DNA of 62,655 nt, counting the filler. It is 4 parts of 4 records of this genome, joined end to end, with 100 filler letters (N's around TTAATTAATTAA, not from the genome) between each part and the next. Parts side by side here need not be neighbours in the genome. Positions count along the whole stretch, not along the records: positions 35,883 to 53,701 come from SRR20825006_1334; positions 53,802 to 62,655 come from SRR20825006_1341; 2 more parts are not named here. The stretch is one strand, 5' to 3'. Under the pieces are notes generated by a model, which was not told the DNA's origin, did no database searches, and saw only the letters and a list, made by a program, of their open reading frames with translations. Shown in pieces: positions 47,389 to 57,496 of this stretch (its first letter is position 1; every line of letters begins with the position of its first letter). The translations under genes were made by a program, and so were the position numbers.

Positions 47389-49092
47389 CTATTTCACGAT
47401 CGCAGTGAAAGCAGCATTTTCAGCATACTTTAAGAACTCACGATCTTTCATAGCTTTCGCTTTCAAAGCACCATCTTTAGCGATTGCGCTTTTCAAGTTA
47501 CTTACTACGTCATTCAATTTATCTTGACGAGCAGCAGCAACTGCTTTCAAGTAATATCCTTGTGCAGATTCTTTATCAACTGATGCGTCGATAGTGCTTA
47601 CTGCAGTACTTGCGTTTCCGTTCAACAATTGAGCTAATGCTTTGTTGAAAGATGCCTCAGAACCTAAGTTAGAAACAGCTGATCCGTAATCACCAGATTG
47701 GATGTTCAAGATTCCTTTGTTGTAGCTAACTTCAGATCCAGCTCCAGAAGCTTGGTTCAATAGACCCATTGCTTTAGAACGGTTTCCTTCAACTCCTGCT
47801 ACTGCAGCCAAGTTGTTTTTAGAAATTGCGTTGTCTTTGATTCCGTTTGCTTTTTCGAATTTCGCTTTAGCTTCAGAAACTTTGTTTTGCATGTAAAGAA
47901 CAGCTCCAACGTTGTTTGCTGGACGGAAATCTTCAGGGAAACGTGTTTCAGCAATTTTGTAAACACGAAGTTTTTCATTCAAATCTGTGTACAATGTAGC
48001 AGTGAACAACAATTCTTCTAAGTTCAATGTATCAGAATTAGAAACAGAGTTTGCTTTTAATTCCTCATCAGAGAATCCAGTTAAATCATAAACAGCTGTA
48101 ATTTCAGAACGACGAAGACCTGGGAAGATATTTTTGTCTAGGTAAGTAAATGTTTTACCCATATCTCTCATTGCTTGCTCACGCTCAACTGGGTTAGAGT
48201 ACATGTCAAGAACACGTAAAACCAAGTTTTTGTCATCAGCATTCATTTTTACGTCAGCCTCAAGAGCTTTCTTGAATCCTGGGTAATCTTCTCCACTTCC
48301 TGTAGTTGAATACATTTCAGTTTGACCAGCTTCGTTTTTAGCTTTCTTGCTCAAATCCATTACAGTTGTTTTTCCTGTACCAGCACGATCAGTAGAAAGA
48401 GTGTTGTTTTTATCCTCTTCACCCTCTGGAGAAGCGAAACCAACAATTTTCATTGATTTGATCTTGATTTTTGGATTTGATTGAGCAGCAGCCAACCAGT
48501 TTTGGAAAGCAACGATGTCAGCATCTTTCAATTCAGAAGCAACAACATTTGATTTTCCTTTAGCATAGTTCAATTGAGCTGTAGCGTTTTTCTCCGTTAC
48601 ACGCTTGAATTGATCATTAGCCATAATTACTTTGAAGTCTTTATTAACCCAAAGTGGAGTGATAATCGTTCCATCTGCAATTTTGATTGCTGGATCGATT
48701 TGATCTTTTACTTTTCCAGCTTTAGAAACAGTTCCTGTGATTTTCAACTCAGTAACTTCCATTTCTGGAGTATATGCAACAACATCAGTGTACGTGTATT
48801 TACCGCCTGCTTTGTAAGCGATTACGTTACCGTTACCAGTAGCTTTTTCTCCTTGGAAAGTAACAGGTTTCAACGCTGTACTTCCTAACATAGGAGTAAG
48901 TTCAGCAGAAGCTTTCTTTTTAATTCCTTTCTCTGGGAATGTTACGTCTACGCGAACCTTTACAGAATCGCCGTGCATTTCTAATGGGTCTGGAGTAACT
49001 TTGTACTCGAGGTCTTTAAGCAATGTACAGCTTGATACTACAGTACCAGCCGCGAGAACAAATGCTAAACCTTTGATGCTTTGTGTTTTCAT
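47389..49092 (-). CDS. Conserved Bacteroidota lipoprotein with an OmpA-like domain and TPRs
   Basis: VSSC lipobox; TPDPLEMHG, GFASPEG...N..LS..RA and C-terminal TPRs. Confidence 0.82.
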   Translation of the reverse strand: MKTQSIKGLAFVLAAGTVVSSCTLLKDLEYKVTPDPLEMHGDSVKVRVDVTFPEKGIKKKASAELTPMLGSTALKPVTFQGEKATGNGNVIAYKAGGKYTYTDVVAYTPEMEVTELKITGTVSKAGKVKDQIDPAIKIADGTIITPLWVNKDFKVIMANDQFKRVTEKNATAQLNYAKGKSNVVASELKDADIVAFQNWLAAAQSNPKIKIKSMKIVGFASPEGEEDKNNTLSTDRAGTGKTTVMDLSKKAKNEAGQTEMYSTTGSGEDYPGFKKALEADVKMNADDKNLVLRVLDMYSNPVEREQAMRDMGKTFTYLDKNIFPGLRRSEITAVYDLTGFSDEELKANSVSNSDTLNLEELLFTATLYTDLNEKLRVYKIAETRFPEDFRPANNVGAVLYMQNKVSEAKAKFEKANGIKDNAISKNNLAAVAGVEGNRSKAMGLLNQASGAGSEVSYNKGILNIQSGDYGSAVSNLGSEASFNKALAQLLNGNASTAVSTIDASVDKESAQGYYLKAVAAARQDKLNDVVSNLKSAIAKDGALKAKAMKDREFLKYAENAAFTAIVK

Positions 49093-49196
49093 TTTTCGTT
49101 TAAATAAATTCTAATCAAATTTCATTGCAATATTACACTTTTTTTTTGTGATGTTAAAAGAAGTGAACTTTTTTCAAAAAATCATTTGCCCTTAAA

Positions 49197-49697
49197 TTAA
49201 TCAATTTTAGCAATCTGGGAATCATCAGCACAATTAAAGCTCAGTTGTGAAACGGTTAAGTGTGTGTTTGGATCGATAAAACTAGCTGCAATCTCATTTA
49301 GCGGATGAAGAACGAATTTTCTAAATCTGAGTTGAGGATGAGGAATATTCAATTGTTTTGATTGAATAATGTCACTATTATAGTACAATAAATCAATGTC
49401 AATGATGCGAGATTCGTATTTTTTAGCATGAGATTTAATGGTTCTACCCAGTTGAATTTCAATTTTTTGTGTCGCAAGCATTACTTCTTTCGGATTCAAA
49501 ATGGTTGCTACTTCTACACAAAGATTATAGAAAGTAGTGGTTGCATCAAAACCAAAAGGGGGAGTTTCGTAAATACTGGATTTTTTAACGACTGAACCAA
49601 CGTGTTGAGAAATCAACTCAATGGCATCATTTAAATGTGTAAGACGGTCACCAAGGTTACTTCCAAGGCTCAAATAAACACTATTTAGTTTTTCCAT
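49197..49697 (-). CDS. folK: 2-amino-4-hydroxy-6-hydroxymethyldihydropteridine diphosphokinase
   Basis: YLSLGSNLG, SSIYET, RIIDIDLL and IPHP motifs. Confidence 0.95.
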   Translation of the reverse strand: MEKLNSVYLSLGSNLGDRLTHLNDAIELISQHVGSVVKKSSIYETPPFGFDATTTFYNLCVEVATILNPKEVMLATQKIEIQLGRTIKSHAKKYESRIIDIDLLYYNSDIIQSKQLNIPHPQLRFRKFVLHPLNEIAASFIDPNTHLTVSQLSFNCADDSQIAKID

Positions 49698-50260
49698 TTT
49701 ATAGTCTTCACAAAATGATCTAAATCTACCTTGAGATAATCAAGGGTAGGTTTTAATGAATCGTAATTGGGAGAGCTGTTAAAGAGTACTTCGCAGTATA
49801 AAAAGTTTGACACACTGTCTGTTAAGTAAAACTGAAATGGAGTTGCAACATTTCCTTCGAGTGAGAACATTGTACCGTACATATTGTCTTTCGGACGGAT
49901 AAATGTTTCGTCTTCAATGCTAGTAGCCTTTAATTTGTGACGTTCAACTTCATCGTTTGCTCCATTTATGAAAAACGAAAGTGGTTTATCTCCTATTTTC
50001 CAATAACGCAAATATGCCACGCCATTCAACGGGCCAAGGTCTATCCTTTTGTGACACTCAATTCCATCTTCTTTTGGCGCTTTAGTTACGGTGTACAGTT
50101 CTGGAACTTCAAAAGAGTAATTGCAACTGTCGTCATACTTTGTGTATGTATGCGCGGGTAATTCAAGACGCAAGTATGTCGGAGGCTTTGGGATAAAAGA
50201 TGTTTCTTCACAACTTGCGAGAACAAATAACAATAGACCAATTATGAGGATAGATTTCAT
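49685..50260 (-). CDS. gldD: Gliding motility lipoprotein GldD
   Basis: LASC lipobox; PKP..YLRL, GNVATPFQFYLTDS and PNYDSL motifs; follows gldE. Confidence 0.85.
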   Translation of the reverse strand: MKSILIIGLLLFVLASCEETSFIPKPPTYLRLELPAHTYTKYDDSCNYSFEVPELYTVTKAPKEDGIECHKRIDLGPLNGVAYLRYWKIGDKPLSFFINGANDEVERHKLKATSIEDETFIRPKDNMYGTMFSLEGNVATPFQFYLTDSVSNFLYCEVLFNSSPNYDSLKPTLDYLKVDLDHFVKTIKWKN

Positions 50261-51630
50261 ACGTTCGTTTGTAATTTGATTGCTTTAATCATTTTGATTC
50301 GTTTTTTATCGCTGGATTCAACAATCAGTTTTACGCTTCCTGCTGTTATATGTTCATTATTCATCAAAATTTTCCCTGCAACTTCTGTGATAAATCCACC
50401 TAAGGTTTCTGCTGCACGCGAATCTTTAAGGTCGAGAACCAAGTCCTTTTCTTCTATTCCCATCACCTTGTAGAAGTCAACTAGGGATGTTTTTCCTTCA
50501 AAAAGATAGGTGTTTTCGTCGATTTTCGTGTAAACAACTTCATCATCGTCAAACTCATCAGTGATATCACCCACAATTTCTTCTAAGATGTCTTCTAATG
50601 TCACAATACCACTTGAACCTCCGTACTCGTCAACAACCATCGCCATGTGGATGTGTTTATCTTGAAATTCTTTTAGGAGGTCATCAATTTTCTTGTTCTC
50701 AGGAACAAAGAACGGCGGCCTCACCAAAGTTGCCCAATCGTCTTTGTCATTTTCTCCAATGAAAGGAAGAAGGTCTTTGATAAATAAAATGCCAATGATT
50801 TTATCGAAGTTGTCTTGGTAAATTGGGATTCTCGAGTGACCGCAGCTTAAAATTTTAGAGATCACTTGCGCAAAAGTAGCGCTTGAGTCGATCGCATGAA
50901 CGTCTAACCTAGATCTCATTATTTGTCGGACTTCCGTTGCTCCAAACTTCACGATTCCTTCTAAGATTCTGTGTTTATCGTCAGAATCAGCATCGTCTTT
51001 TGTGAGCGCAAGCGCCTGTTCGAGTTCATCAGAAGAAATATTTACCTTTCCTCGGCCTGTTTTTCGTTGAATTACACGCGATCCTTTTACAAGACCTGCA
51101 CGAATCCATGAAATTGGAGGAGTTCGATTCAAATAGTACAATGAGCGCCCCATCATTTGAGCGAATTTGAGAGCGTTTTTAGTTGCGTAAATCTTAGGGA
51201 TCACCTCGCCAAGAAGCAGAAGTACAAGCGTGATACAGATGACTTCCAAAATGAAATGAGCCGTTGCATTAGCATCAGTTGGTGGGTAAATCGTCGAAAT
51301 CACCGAACTAGAAAGTATGACAATCCCAACGTTCACAAAATTGTTCGCAATGAGTATGGTCGCAAGCAAATCCTTTGGTCTATCTGCAAGATCAATTACA
51401 AACTTTGACTTCTTGTCGGTCAAGTTTTTGAGCTCGTCTTTATCACTCGGAGTGAGGGAGAAAAACGCGGCTTCAGATCCTGAAATTAATGCGGAAGCAA
51501 TAAGAAGCAGGATGAGTACAATAATAGAAATGATCAATCCGAATGAATCGAATTCTGTGATATTCGTCCCTGAAGTGCTTACTGCTAACGATTTCAGGGA
51601 CTCGATACTGGACGGTTCAATTGAGGGCAT
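50257..51630 (-). CDS. gldE: Gliding motility-associated protein GldE (CNNM-CBS-CorC)
   Basis: [27 protein letters not shown] and EDILEEIVG motifs; mutY-ssb-gldE-gldD synteny. Confidence 0.87.
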   Translation of the reverse strand: MPSIEPSSIESLKSLAVSTSGTNITEFDSFGLIISIIVLILLLIASALISGSEAAFFSLTPSDKDELKNLTDKKSKFVIDLADRPKDLLATILIANNFVNVGIVILSSSVISTIYPPTDANATAHFILEVICITLVLLLLGEVIPKIYATKNALKFAQMMGRSLYYLNRTPPISWIRAGLVKGSRVIQRKTGRGKVNISSDELEQALALTKDDADSDDKHRILEGIVKFGATEVRQIMRSRLDVHAIDSSATFAQVISKILSCGHSRIPIYQDNFDKIIGILFIKDLLPFIGENDKDDWATLVRPPFFVPENKKIDDLLKEFQDKHIHMAMVVDEYGGSSGIVTLEDILEEIVGDITDEFDDDEVVYTKIDENTYLFEGKTSLVDFYKVMGIEEKDLVLDLKDSRAAETLGGFITEVAGKILMNNEHITAGSVKLIVESSDKKRIKMIKAIKLQTNV

Positions 51631-51639
51631 GAGAATCAA

Positions 51640-52086
51640 TTAGAAGGGTAGGTCATCATTGTCATTATTTATAATATCGTCTATTTTCGACGGTTGAACT
51701 GGCGTATCTTTAGGCGAATACGGAGCTTCTGGTTTATTTGCTTCTCTATCTGGACGTGAGAGAATCGTTATTTCGTCTGCAACAACCTCAGTCGTGTAAC
51801 GCGTGATTCCTTCTTTGTCTTGCCAAGAGCGCTTTCTCAATTTTCCTTCTACATAAACCTTTGTTCCTTTACGGACATATTTCTCAACAACTTCTGCCAA
51901 GCCTCTCCAAACTACAATGTCATGCCAGTCTGTATTTTCTCGCTTTTCACCCGTCGATTTATCAGTATATGTTTCTGAAGTCGCGATAGGGAAATTTGCT
52001 ACAACCGCGCCATTTTCTAGATGTCTTACTTCCGGATCTTTACCAAGATTACCAATCAAAATTACTTTGTTAACACTTCCAGCCAT
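51640..52086 (-). CDS. ssb: Single-stranded DNA-binding protein
   Basis: [16 protein letters not shown] start; acidic DDLPF tail. Confidence 0.97.
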   Translation of the reverse strand: MAGSVNKVILIGNLGKDPEVRHLENGAVVANFPIATSETYTDKSTGEKRENTDWHDIVVWRGLAEVVEKYVRKGTKVYVEGKLRKRSWQDKEGITRYTTEVVADEITILSRPDREANKPEAPYSPKDTPVQPSKIDDIINNDNDDLPF

Positions 52087-52133
52087 AAACGAATACTAAA
52101 GGGCAAATATACCTAAATGTACAAAAAAATGAG

Positions 52134-53141
52134 TCACTCAATTCCGTGTTCTTCAAGATATCTATCAATAAGGCGTGGTAAAGGGTAATCTTGAATGCTA
52201 GATTGAGGAATTACTTGCCATTCAGGGGCGATTTTTTCGGGAATATTTTCAAAATGATAAAAGACAGCGTGGATGTGCTGATGACTAAGAATGTGCTTGA
52301 CAGTTTCCGATACTTTATAGGGAGTTTGATCTTCTTTCCATGTTGGAGCGCTCTCAGATTCAATCAACGGAAATTGATATAAATTCTGCCAAACGTCCTT
52401 TTTTGTGCGCTGTTCGATGATTGTTTTTCCGTTTTCTGAGTATATCAAGATGTGGAAGTAACGGTTTCTCGTTTTTGTCTTTTTAGACTTTACAGGTCTT
52501 AATTGAATAACACCTTCAGAGAATGAAAGACAATTGTTTTGGAGTGGACAATGCTCGCAATTGGGCTTCGGAGCGCACATTAATGCCCCGAACTCCATGA
52601 TCGCCTGGTTATGCTCAGCGGGGTCGTTTTCGTCAATTAAAAGATTGGCGAGTTCTTGGAATTCTTTTTGTCCACCAGTTGAATCAATGGGCGTTGAAAT
52701 ATTGAACACTCGACTTAGAACGCGATATACATTTCCATCTACAACCGCCTGAACTTCATTGAAAGCGAATGAAGCAATTGCAGAAGCTGTATAATTTCCA
52801 ACTCCTTTTAGTTTGATGATTTCTTTAAACGTATTTGGGAACTTGCCATTAAGTTCGTTACAGATGTGTTTCGCTGCAGAATGAAGATTTCTTGCTCGAC
52901 TGTAGTAACCCAACCCTTGCCAGTCATTTAGAACATCTTGCTCTTCTGCTGCTGCCAAATCGGACACGGTTGGGTAGTTCTTGACAAATTTGAGGTAATA
53001 ATTCAAACCTTGATCAACCCGCGTTTGTTGCAGAATTATCTCAGATAACCAGATTTTGTATGGATCTTTTGAAACCCTCCATGGGAGGTTTCGTTTATTT
53101 AGTCTATACCAATCGGTTATTGATAGGGAGAAATCGTGCAT
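52134..53141 (-). CDS. mutY: A/G-specific adenine glycosylase
   Basis: LPWR, SEIILQQT, GLGYYSRARN, VDGNV and the four-Cys FeS motif. Confidence 0.96.
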   Translation of the reverse strand: MHDFSLSITDWYRLNKRNLPWRVSKDPYKIWLSEIILQQTRVDQGLNYYLKFVKNYPTVSDLAAAEEQDVLNDWQGLGYYSRARNLHSAAKHICNELNGKFPNTFKEIIKLKGVGNYTASAIASFAFNEVQAVVDGNVYRVLSRVFNISTPIDSTGGQKEFQELANLLIDENDPAEHNQAIMEFGALMCAPKPNCEHCPLQNNCLSFSEGVIQLRPVKSKKTKTRNRYFHILIYSENGKTIIEQRTKKDVWQNLYQFPLIESESAPTWKEDQTPYKVSETVKHILSHQHIHAVFYHFENIPEKIAPEWQVIPQSSIQDYPLPRLIDRYLEEHGIE

Positions 53142-53246
53142 TCGGGGAAAAGTAAAAAAATAATTACCTCAAAGTTAATTAATAACCGAATGAGAACTCT
53201 ATTTTTGCGCCCAGAAAGTGAATAAAACATTAAAAGTAAGAACGTT

Positions 53247-53537
53247 ATGACAAAGGCTGATATTGTAGCTGACATTGCAGAAGAAACAGGATTAGAGAGA
53301 TTAGAGGCGTTGAAGGCTGTTGAGGCATTCATGGATTCCGTAAAATCTTCATTATCAAAGGGGCAGAATGTATATTTGAGAGGATTCGGAAGCTTTATTG
53401 TGAAGGAAAGAGCAGAGAAAACGGGAAGAAATATCTCTAAAAACAAAGCGATTATTATTCCAGCACACAATGTTCCGGCATTCAAGCCTTCAAAGACATT
53501 TGTTGAAGACGTTAAGAACAACGTGAAGGTAAAATAA
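53247..53537 (+). CDS. hup: HU family DNA-binding protein
   Basis: MTKADIV, LRGFGSF, GRNI and PAFKP motifs; TATTTTTG -7 element at 53200-53207. Confidence 0.95.
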   Translation: MTKADIVADIAEETGLERLEALKAVEAFMDSVKSSLSKGQNVYLRGFGSFIVKERAEKTGRNISKNKAIIIPAHNVPAFKPSKTFVEDVKNNVKVK

Positions 53538-53586
53538 GATTTTATCAAGTTGAAATACTTCAATTTCAATTGATTTTATTATTTTT

Positions 53587-53620
53587 GCACTCCTGTTGAT
53601 TTAACGGGAGTGCTTTTTTT
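53587..53620 (+). terminator. Intrinsic terminator after HU
   Basis: GCACTCCTGTT/AACGGGAGTGC stem plus T7. Confidence 0.75.
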
Positions 53621-53672
53621 CACTCTTAAGGTGGGAAATTAGAAAGAAGTCCAACAAAAAAAATATAACATT

Positions 53673-53701
53673 ATGCCAAGCGGTAAAAAAAGAAAAAGAC
53701 A
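53673..53701 (+). CDS. N-terminus of a small basic bS22/mS38 (AURKAIP1/COX24-like) ribosomal protein; contig-truncated
   Basis: ATG CCA AGC GGT AAA AAA AGA AAA AGA encodes MPSGKKRKR, the conserved Bacteroidota N-terminus. Confidence 0.7.
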
Positions 53702-53801
53702 NNNNNNNNNNNNNNNNNNNNNNNNNNNNNNNNNNNNNNNNNNNNTTAATTAATTAANNNNNNNNNNNNNNNNNNNNNNNNNNNNNNNNNNNNNNNNNNN
53801 N
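53702..53801. other. Artificial contig spacer
   Basis: N44-TTAATTAATTAA-N44. Confidence 0.99.
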
Positions 53802-53802
53802 T

Positions 53803-53907
53803 GAAGATCAGGAAGAACATGTCGACTGGCTGGAAACGGAGCAGTGGCAGATCGAAAATGTCGGTATGCAGAATTATATTCAAAGCCGTTCTGGCGACGG
53901 CGACTAA
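53803..53907 (+). CDS. bfr: Bacterioferritin subunit, C-terminal fragment (contig-truncated)
   Basis: EDQEEHVDWLETEQWQIENVGMQNYIQS. Confidence 0.85.
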   Translation, partial: EDQEEHVDWLETEQWQIENVGMQNYIQSRSGDGD

Positions 53908-53928
53908 CACATCAGGAGCTTAAACGCC

Positions 53929-54420
53929 ATGAAGGGTAACAAGAAGGTTATCGACGCGCTGAACAAGCAGCTTACGGCTGAATTGTCCGCCGCCGACCAG
54001 TACAACACCCATGCCGAGATGTATCTCGATTGGGGTTTGCATGCACTTTATGCTCGTATGCATCATGAAAAGGACGAAGAACTCGAACATGCGAAACGCC
54101 TGATCGAACGTATTCTGTTCCTTGAAGGTGTGCCCGATACCGCGTCGCGCAGTCCGATCAAGATCGGCAAAACCGTGCCTGAGATGATGAAAAACGATCT
54201 CGAACACGAATATCATGTGATCGATCTTCTGAAAAAGGCGATTAAACTTGCCGAGAAGGAAGAAGATTATCAGACGCGCAATATGCTGACCACGCTGCTG
54301 GATGACAGCGAAGAGGACCATGCATATTGGCTTGAACAGCAGATCCGTCTGATCGATATGATGGGCTTGCCGAACTATATCCAGTTCCGCGCAGTTGGTG
54401 AGCCGAACCCGCACGGTTAA
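53929..54420 (+). CDS. bfr: Bacterioferritin subunit lacking the haem ligand Met52 (BfrA/FtnA-type)
   Basis: E18, E51 and H54; ERILFLEG; EEDHAYWLE; Leu at position 52; AGGAG RBS. Confidence 0.93.
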   Translation: MKGNKKVIDALNKQLTAELSAADQYNTHAEMYLDWGLHALYARMHHEKDEELEHAKRLIERILFLEGVPDTASRSPIKIGKTVPEMMKNDLEHEYHVIDLLKKAIKLAEKEEDYQTRNMLTTLLDDSEEDHAYWLEQQIRLIDMMGLPNYIQFRAVGEPNPHG

Positions 54421-54439
54421 GGTTGCCAAATGTCATTTG

Positions 54440-54468
54440 AAAACCCCGGTATTGTCCGGGGTTTTTTT
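54440..54468 (+). terminator. Intrinsic terminator after bfr
   Basis: AAAACCCCGG/CCGGGGTTTT stem plus T-run. Confidence 0.85.
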
Positions 54469-54528
54469 ATTTTTATCAGATATTTGCGGGTGAATTGATA
54501 ACGCAAAATCAATCCGCCCGTTTTATGC

Positions 54529-54559
54529 TTGACCTTCCAGTTGCTGGAACCTCTATGGT
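54529..54559 (+). promoter_or_regulatory. CueR-regulated sigma70 promoter of copA
   Basis: TTGACC-19 bp-TATGGT with dyad TTCCAG-TTG-CTGGAA in the spacer (MerR-type architecture, CueR box). Confidence 0.88.
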
Positions 54560-54598
54560 CACCCATATCAAGTTATTGATCATGGAATGGTGACCTAA

Positions 54599-57085
54599 AT
54601 GGACAGGCGATCAGAACCCGACATCCCTGAAATTCGTGGCAATGGTGCCCCCGGTTTGAAAAAACCGACGGACGAAGGGGCGCGTGGCGAAGTGACCCTG
54701 CAAATCGGCGGGATGACTTGTTCATCCTGTGCCGGTCGGATTGAAAAGGCATTGGGCAAGCTGCCCGGTGTATCGTCCGAGGTGAACCTTGCGCTGAATT
54801 CTGCCCATGTCACCTTTGATCGTGATCAGACATCAGTTAGCAAACTGGCCGATACCATCCGTTCTGCGGGCTATTCTGTTGCCGATGAAAGCCGGTCTTT
54901 TGATATTGATGGCATGACCTGCGCCAATTGCGCGCTTCGCGTCGAAAAGGCATTGAGCAAACTGCCCGGCGTTACGGAAGCCAGTGTCAATTTCGCACTG
55001 GAGCGGGCCGATATTCATACCTTACCGGGACAGGTTGGTGACGCCGATGTCATCGCGGCTGTTGAAAAGGCCGGTTATCACGCTGTTTCACGAGGCAAAT
55101 CGGGTCAGGAAAACGGGCAGGATCCCGCAGACCAAAAGAATTCCGACAAGTCGCTTTGGTGGCTGGCGGCTTCGATTGTCCTGACCGCGCCGCTGGTGGC
55201 CCAGATGATCTGGATGTATCTGGGGGTCGATTTTTATTTGAGCCCGTGGGTAGAACTGGCGCTGGCGACCCCGGTGCAGTTCCTGATCGGTTGGCGGTTT
55301 TATCGCGGCGCCTGGATGGCGTTGCGTAACGCCAGTGCCAATATGGACGTGCTGGTCGCACTTGGCACGTCGGCCGCCTATTTCCTGAGCCTTTATAACA
55401 TGATTGTGGCTGGTCATGACGGGCAGACGCATCTTTATTTCGAGGCATCCGCCGCGATCATCACCCTGATCCTTGCCGGTAAAATCATGGAAGAACGCGC
55501 CAAACGCGGTGCGTCGGCGGCTATTCGTGAACTGATGGCGCTACGTCCGCGCCGTGCGCGTAAACTTGACGAAACCAAAGGCGAAATTGAAATCGATATC
55601 GCCCAGCTTGTTATCGGTGACACCGTCAGGGTTTTGCCAGGTGAACGTGTTCCCGTTGATGGCAAGGTTTCAGCAGGTGAAAGTGAGCTTGATGAAAGCC
55701 TGATCACCGGAGAAACACGCCCGATCGCGCGTGTGGCAGGGGATATGGTCGTTGGTGGTGCTGTCAATGGTACCGGGCGGCTTGATGTCGAAGTCACAGC
55801 AATCGGCGAAGATACAACGCTGTCGCGGATCATTCGGCTGGTTGAACATGCCCAGACCGGAAAGGCACCGGTTCAGAAACTGGTCGATAAAGTTTCCGGG
55901 ATTTTTGTGCCCGTAGTCGTCTTGATTGCCTTGGTTACCTTTGGCGGATGGCTTTTATTCGGTGCCACGATGGAAGTATCGATTGTGGCCGCTGTTTCGG
56001 TTCTTGTTATTGCCTGCCCCTGTGCATTGGGGCTTGCGACACCAACCGCACTGGTGGCGGGCACGGGGGCCGCGGCGAAAAGCGGTATCCTGATCCGGAA
56101 CTTCGATGCGCTGGAACAGGCACACAATGTTGATACCGTCATTTTTGATAAAACCGGTACCCTGACCGAAGGCAAGCCAACAGTTCGAGACATCAAACCC
56201 GCAGAGGGCACAGATGAAGCCGAACTGCTGCGTATGGCTGCCGCCGTGCAGGCCGCAAGCGAACATCCGCTGGCGCGTGCAATCGTCAATGCCGCACGCA
56301 AACAGGAAATTAAAATTCCTGACATCACTGATTTTAGCAGCAAAACCGGTGCCGGTGTTCAGGCAAAGGTTGAAGACCACAATGTCGTTATAGGCAATGA
56401 GGCAATGCTTGCCGATCTTGGTATTGGATTGCCAGATGGTGATCTTGGCAGCCAGATTGCCGATTACGAAGGGCGCGGCCAGACCGTCATTCTGGTTGCG
56501 ATTGACGGCAGGTTCGCCGGGTTCATCACGCTGGAAGATCGGATTCGTGCGTCGGCAAAGCAGGCGATAGCCGATCTGAAAGCGCGTGGGATCAACAGCA
56601 TCATGTTGTCTGGAGACGGTGAAGATGTTGCTTCCTATGTTGCAGAGCAGCTTGGCCTTGAAGAAGGCCGCGGTCGTATCCGGCCGCAGGACAAGGCGCG
56701 CGAGGTCGAAAAACTGCGCAAGGCTGGCCGTCATGTTGCCATGGTCGGCGATGGTATCAATGATGCGCCAGCCTTGGCTGCGGCGGATGTCGGTATTGCG
56801 ATGGGGGGCGGTACCGATGTGGCCATGGAGACGGCGGGCATTACCCTGATGCGGTCCGACCCGGCACTTGTCGAGGGGGCAATTGATGTGTCGATCGCAA
56901 CACGGCGCAAGATCGCACAAAACCTGTTCTGGGCGTTTGGTTATAACGTGATCGGCGTGCCGTTGGCGGCGTTCGGTATCCTGAGCCCCGCGATTGCGGG
57001 GGCTGCGATGGCGTTGAGTTCGGTTTCGGTCGTCAGCAACTCGCTGTTGCTGCGAGGTTGGAAAGTCCGCGGAGAAAAACCATGA
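54599..57085 (+). CDS. copA: Cu(I)-exporting P1B-1 ATPase
   Basis: Two HMA domains (GMTCSSC, GMTCANC); TGE, CPC, DKTGT, SEHPLA, GDGINDAP, YN and MALSS motifs. Confidence 0.96.
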   Translation: MDRRSEPDIPEIRGNGAPGLKKPTDEGARGEVTLQIGGMTCSSCAGRIEKALGKLPGVSSEVNLALNSAHVTFDRDQTSVSKLADTIRSAGYSVADESRSFDIDGMTCANCALRVEKALSKLPGVTEASVNFALERADIHTLPGQVGDADVIAAVEKAGYHAVSRGKSGQENGQDPADQKNSDKSLWWLAASIVLTAPLVAQMIWMYLGVDFYLSPWVELALATPVQFLIGWRFYRGAWMALRNASANMDVLVALGTSAAYFLSLYNMIVAGHDGQTHLYFEASAAIITLILAGKIMEERAKRGASAAIRELMALRPRRARKLDETKGEIEIDIAQLVIGDTVRVLPGERVPVDGKVSAGESELDESLITGETRPIARVAGDMVVGGAVNGTGRLDVEVTAIGEDTTLSRIIRLVEHAQTGKAPVQKLVDKVSGIFVPVVVLIALVTFGGWLLFGATMEVSIVAAVSVLVIACPCALGLATPTALVAGTGAAAKSGILIRNFDALEQAHNVDTVIFDKTGTLTEGKPTVRDIKPAEGTDEAELLRMAAAVQAASEHPLARAIVNAARKQEIKIPDITDFSSKTGAGVQAKVEDHNVVIGNEAMLADLGIGLPDGDLGSQIADYEGRGQTVILVAIDGRFAGFITLEDRIRASAKQAIADLKARGINSIMLSGDGEDVASYVAEQLGLEEGRGRIRPQDKAREVEKLRKAGRHVAMVGDGINDAPALAAADVGIAMGGGTDVAMETAGITLMRSDPALVEGAIDVSIATRRKIAQNLFWAFGYNVIGVPLAAFGILSPAIAGAAMALSSVSVVSNSLLLRGWKVRGEKP

Positions 57086-57465
57086 ATATTTCCGATGCAT
57101 CCCGCGATAGCGGTCTTCCGGCGAAAACCATCCGTTATTACGAGGATATCGGACTGGTAAAGCCCGGTCGGCTTGAAAACGGCTACCGGGACTACAGCGA
57201 CGATGACTTGCACAAATTGCGCTTTTTGCAGCGTTCCCGGGGGCTTGGCTTTTCGGTAGAGGATTGCCGGGTGTTACTGTCGCTCTACGAGGACCGCAAC
57301 CGTGCTTCGGCAGATGTGAAGCAGATTGCCAAAACACATCTGATCGAAATCGAACGCAAGATCGCAGAACTGCAAAGTCTGCAAAAGACCTTGTCGCATC
57401 TGGTTGACGAATGCCAAGGCGATCATCGTCCTCATTGTCCTATCATCAACGATCTCGCGGGATAG
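57082..57465 (+). CDS. cueR: Cu(I)-responsive MerR-family regulator
   Basis: TIRYYE, ASADVK and C-terminal CQGDHRPHCPII; ATGA overlap with the copA stop. Confidence 0.95.
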   Translation: MNISDASRDSGLPAKTIRYYEDIGLVKPGRLENGYRDYSDDDLHKLRFLQRSRGLGFSVEDCRVLLSLYEDRNRASADVKQIAKTHLIEIERKIAELQSLQKTLSHLVDECQGDHRPHCPIINDLAG

Positions 57466-57496
57466 CCTGCTTAAATCTGAAGAAGGAAGACATTCG

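Noticed and set aside
55955-57337. 460-aa minus-strand ORF and similar long shadow ORFs in the GC-rich segments
   Set aside because: Antisense to well-supported genes (copA/cueR), with no motifs of their own
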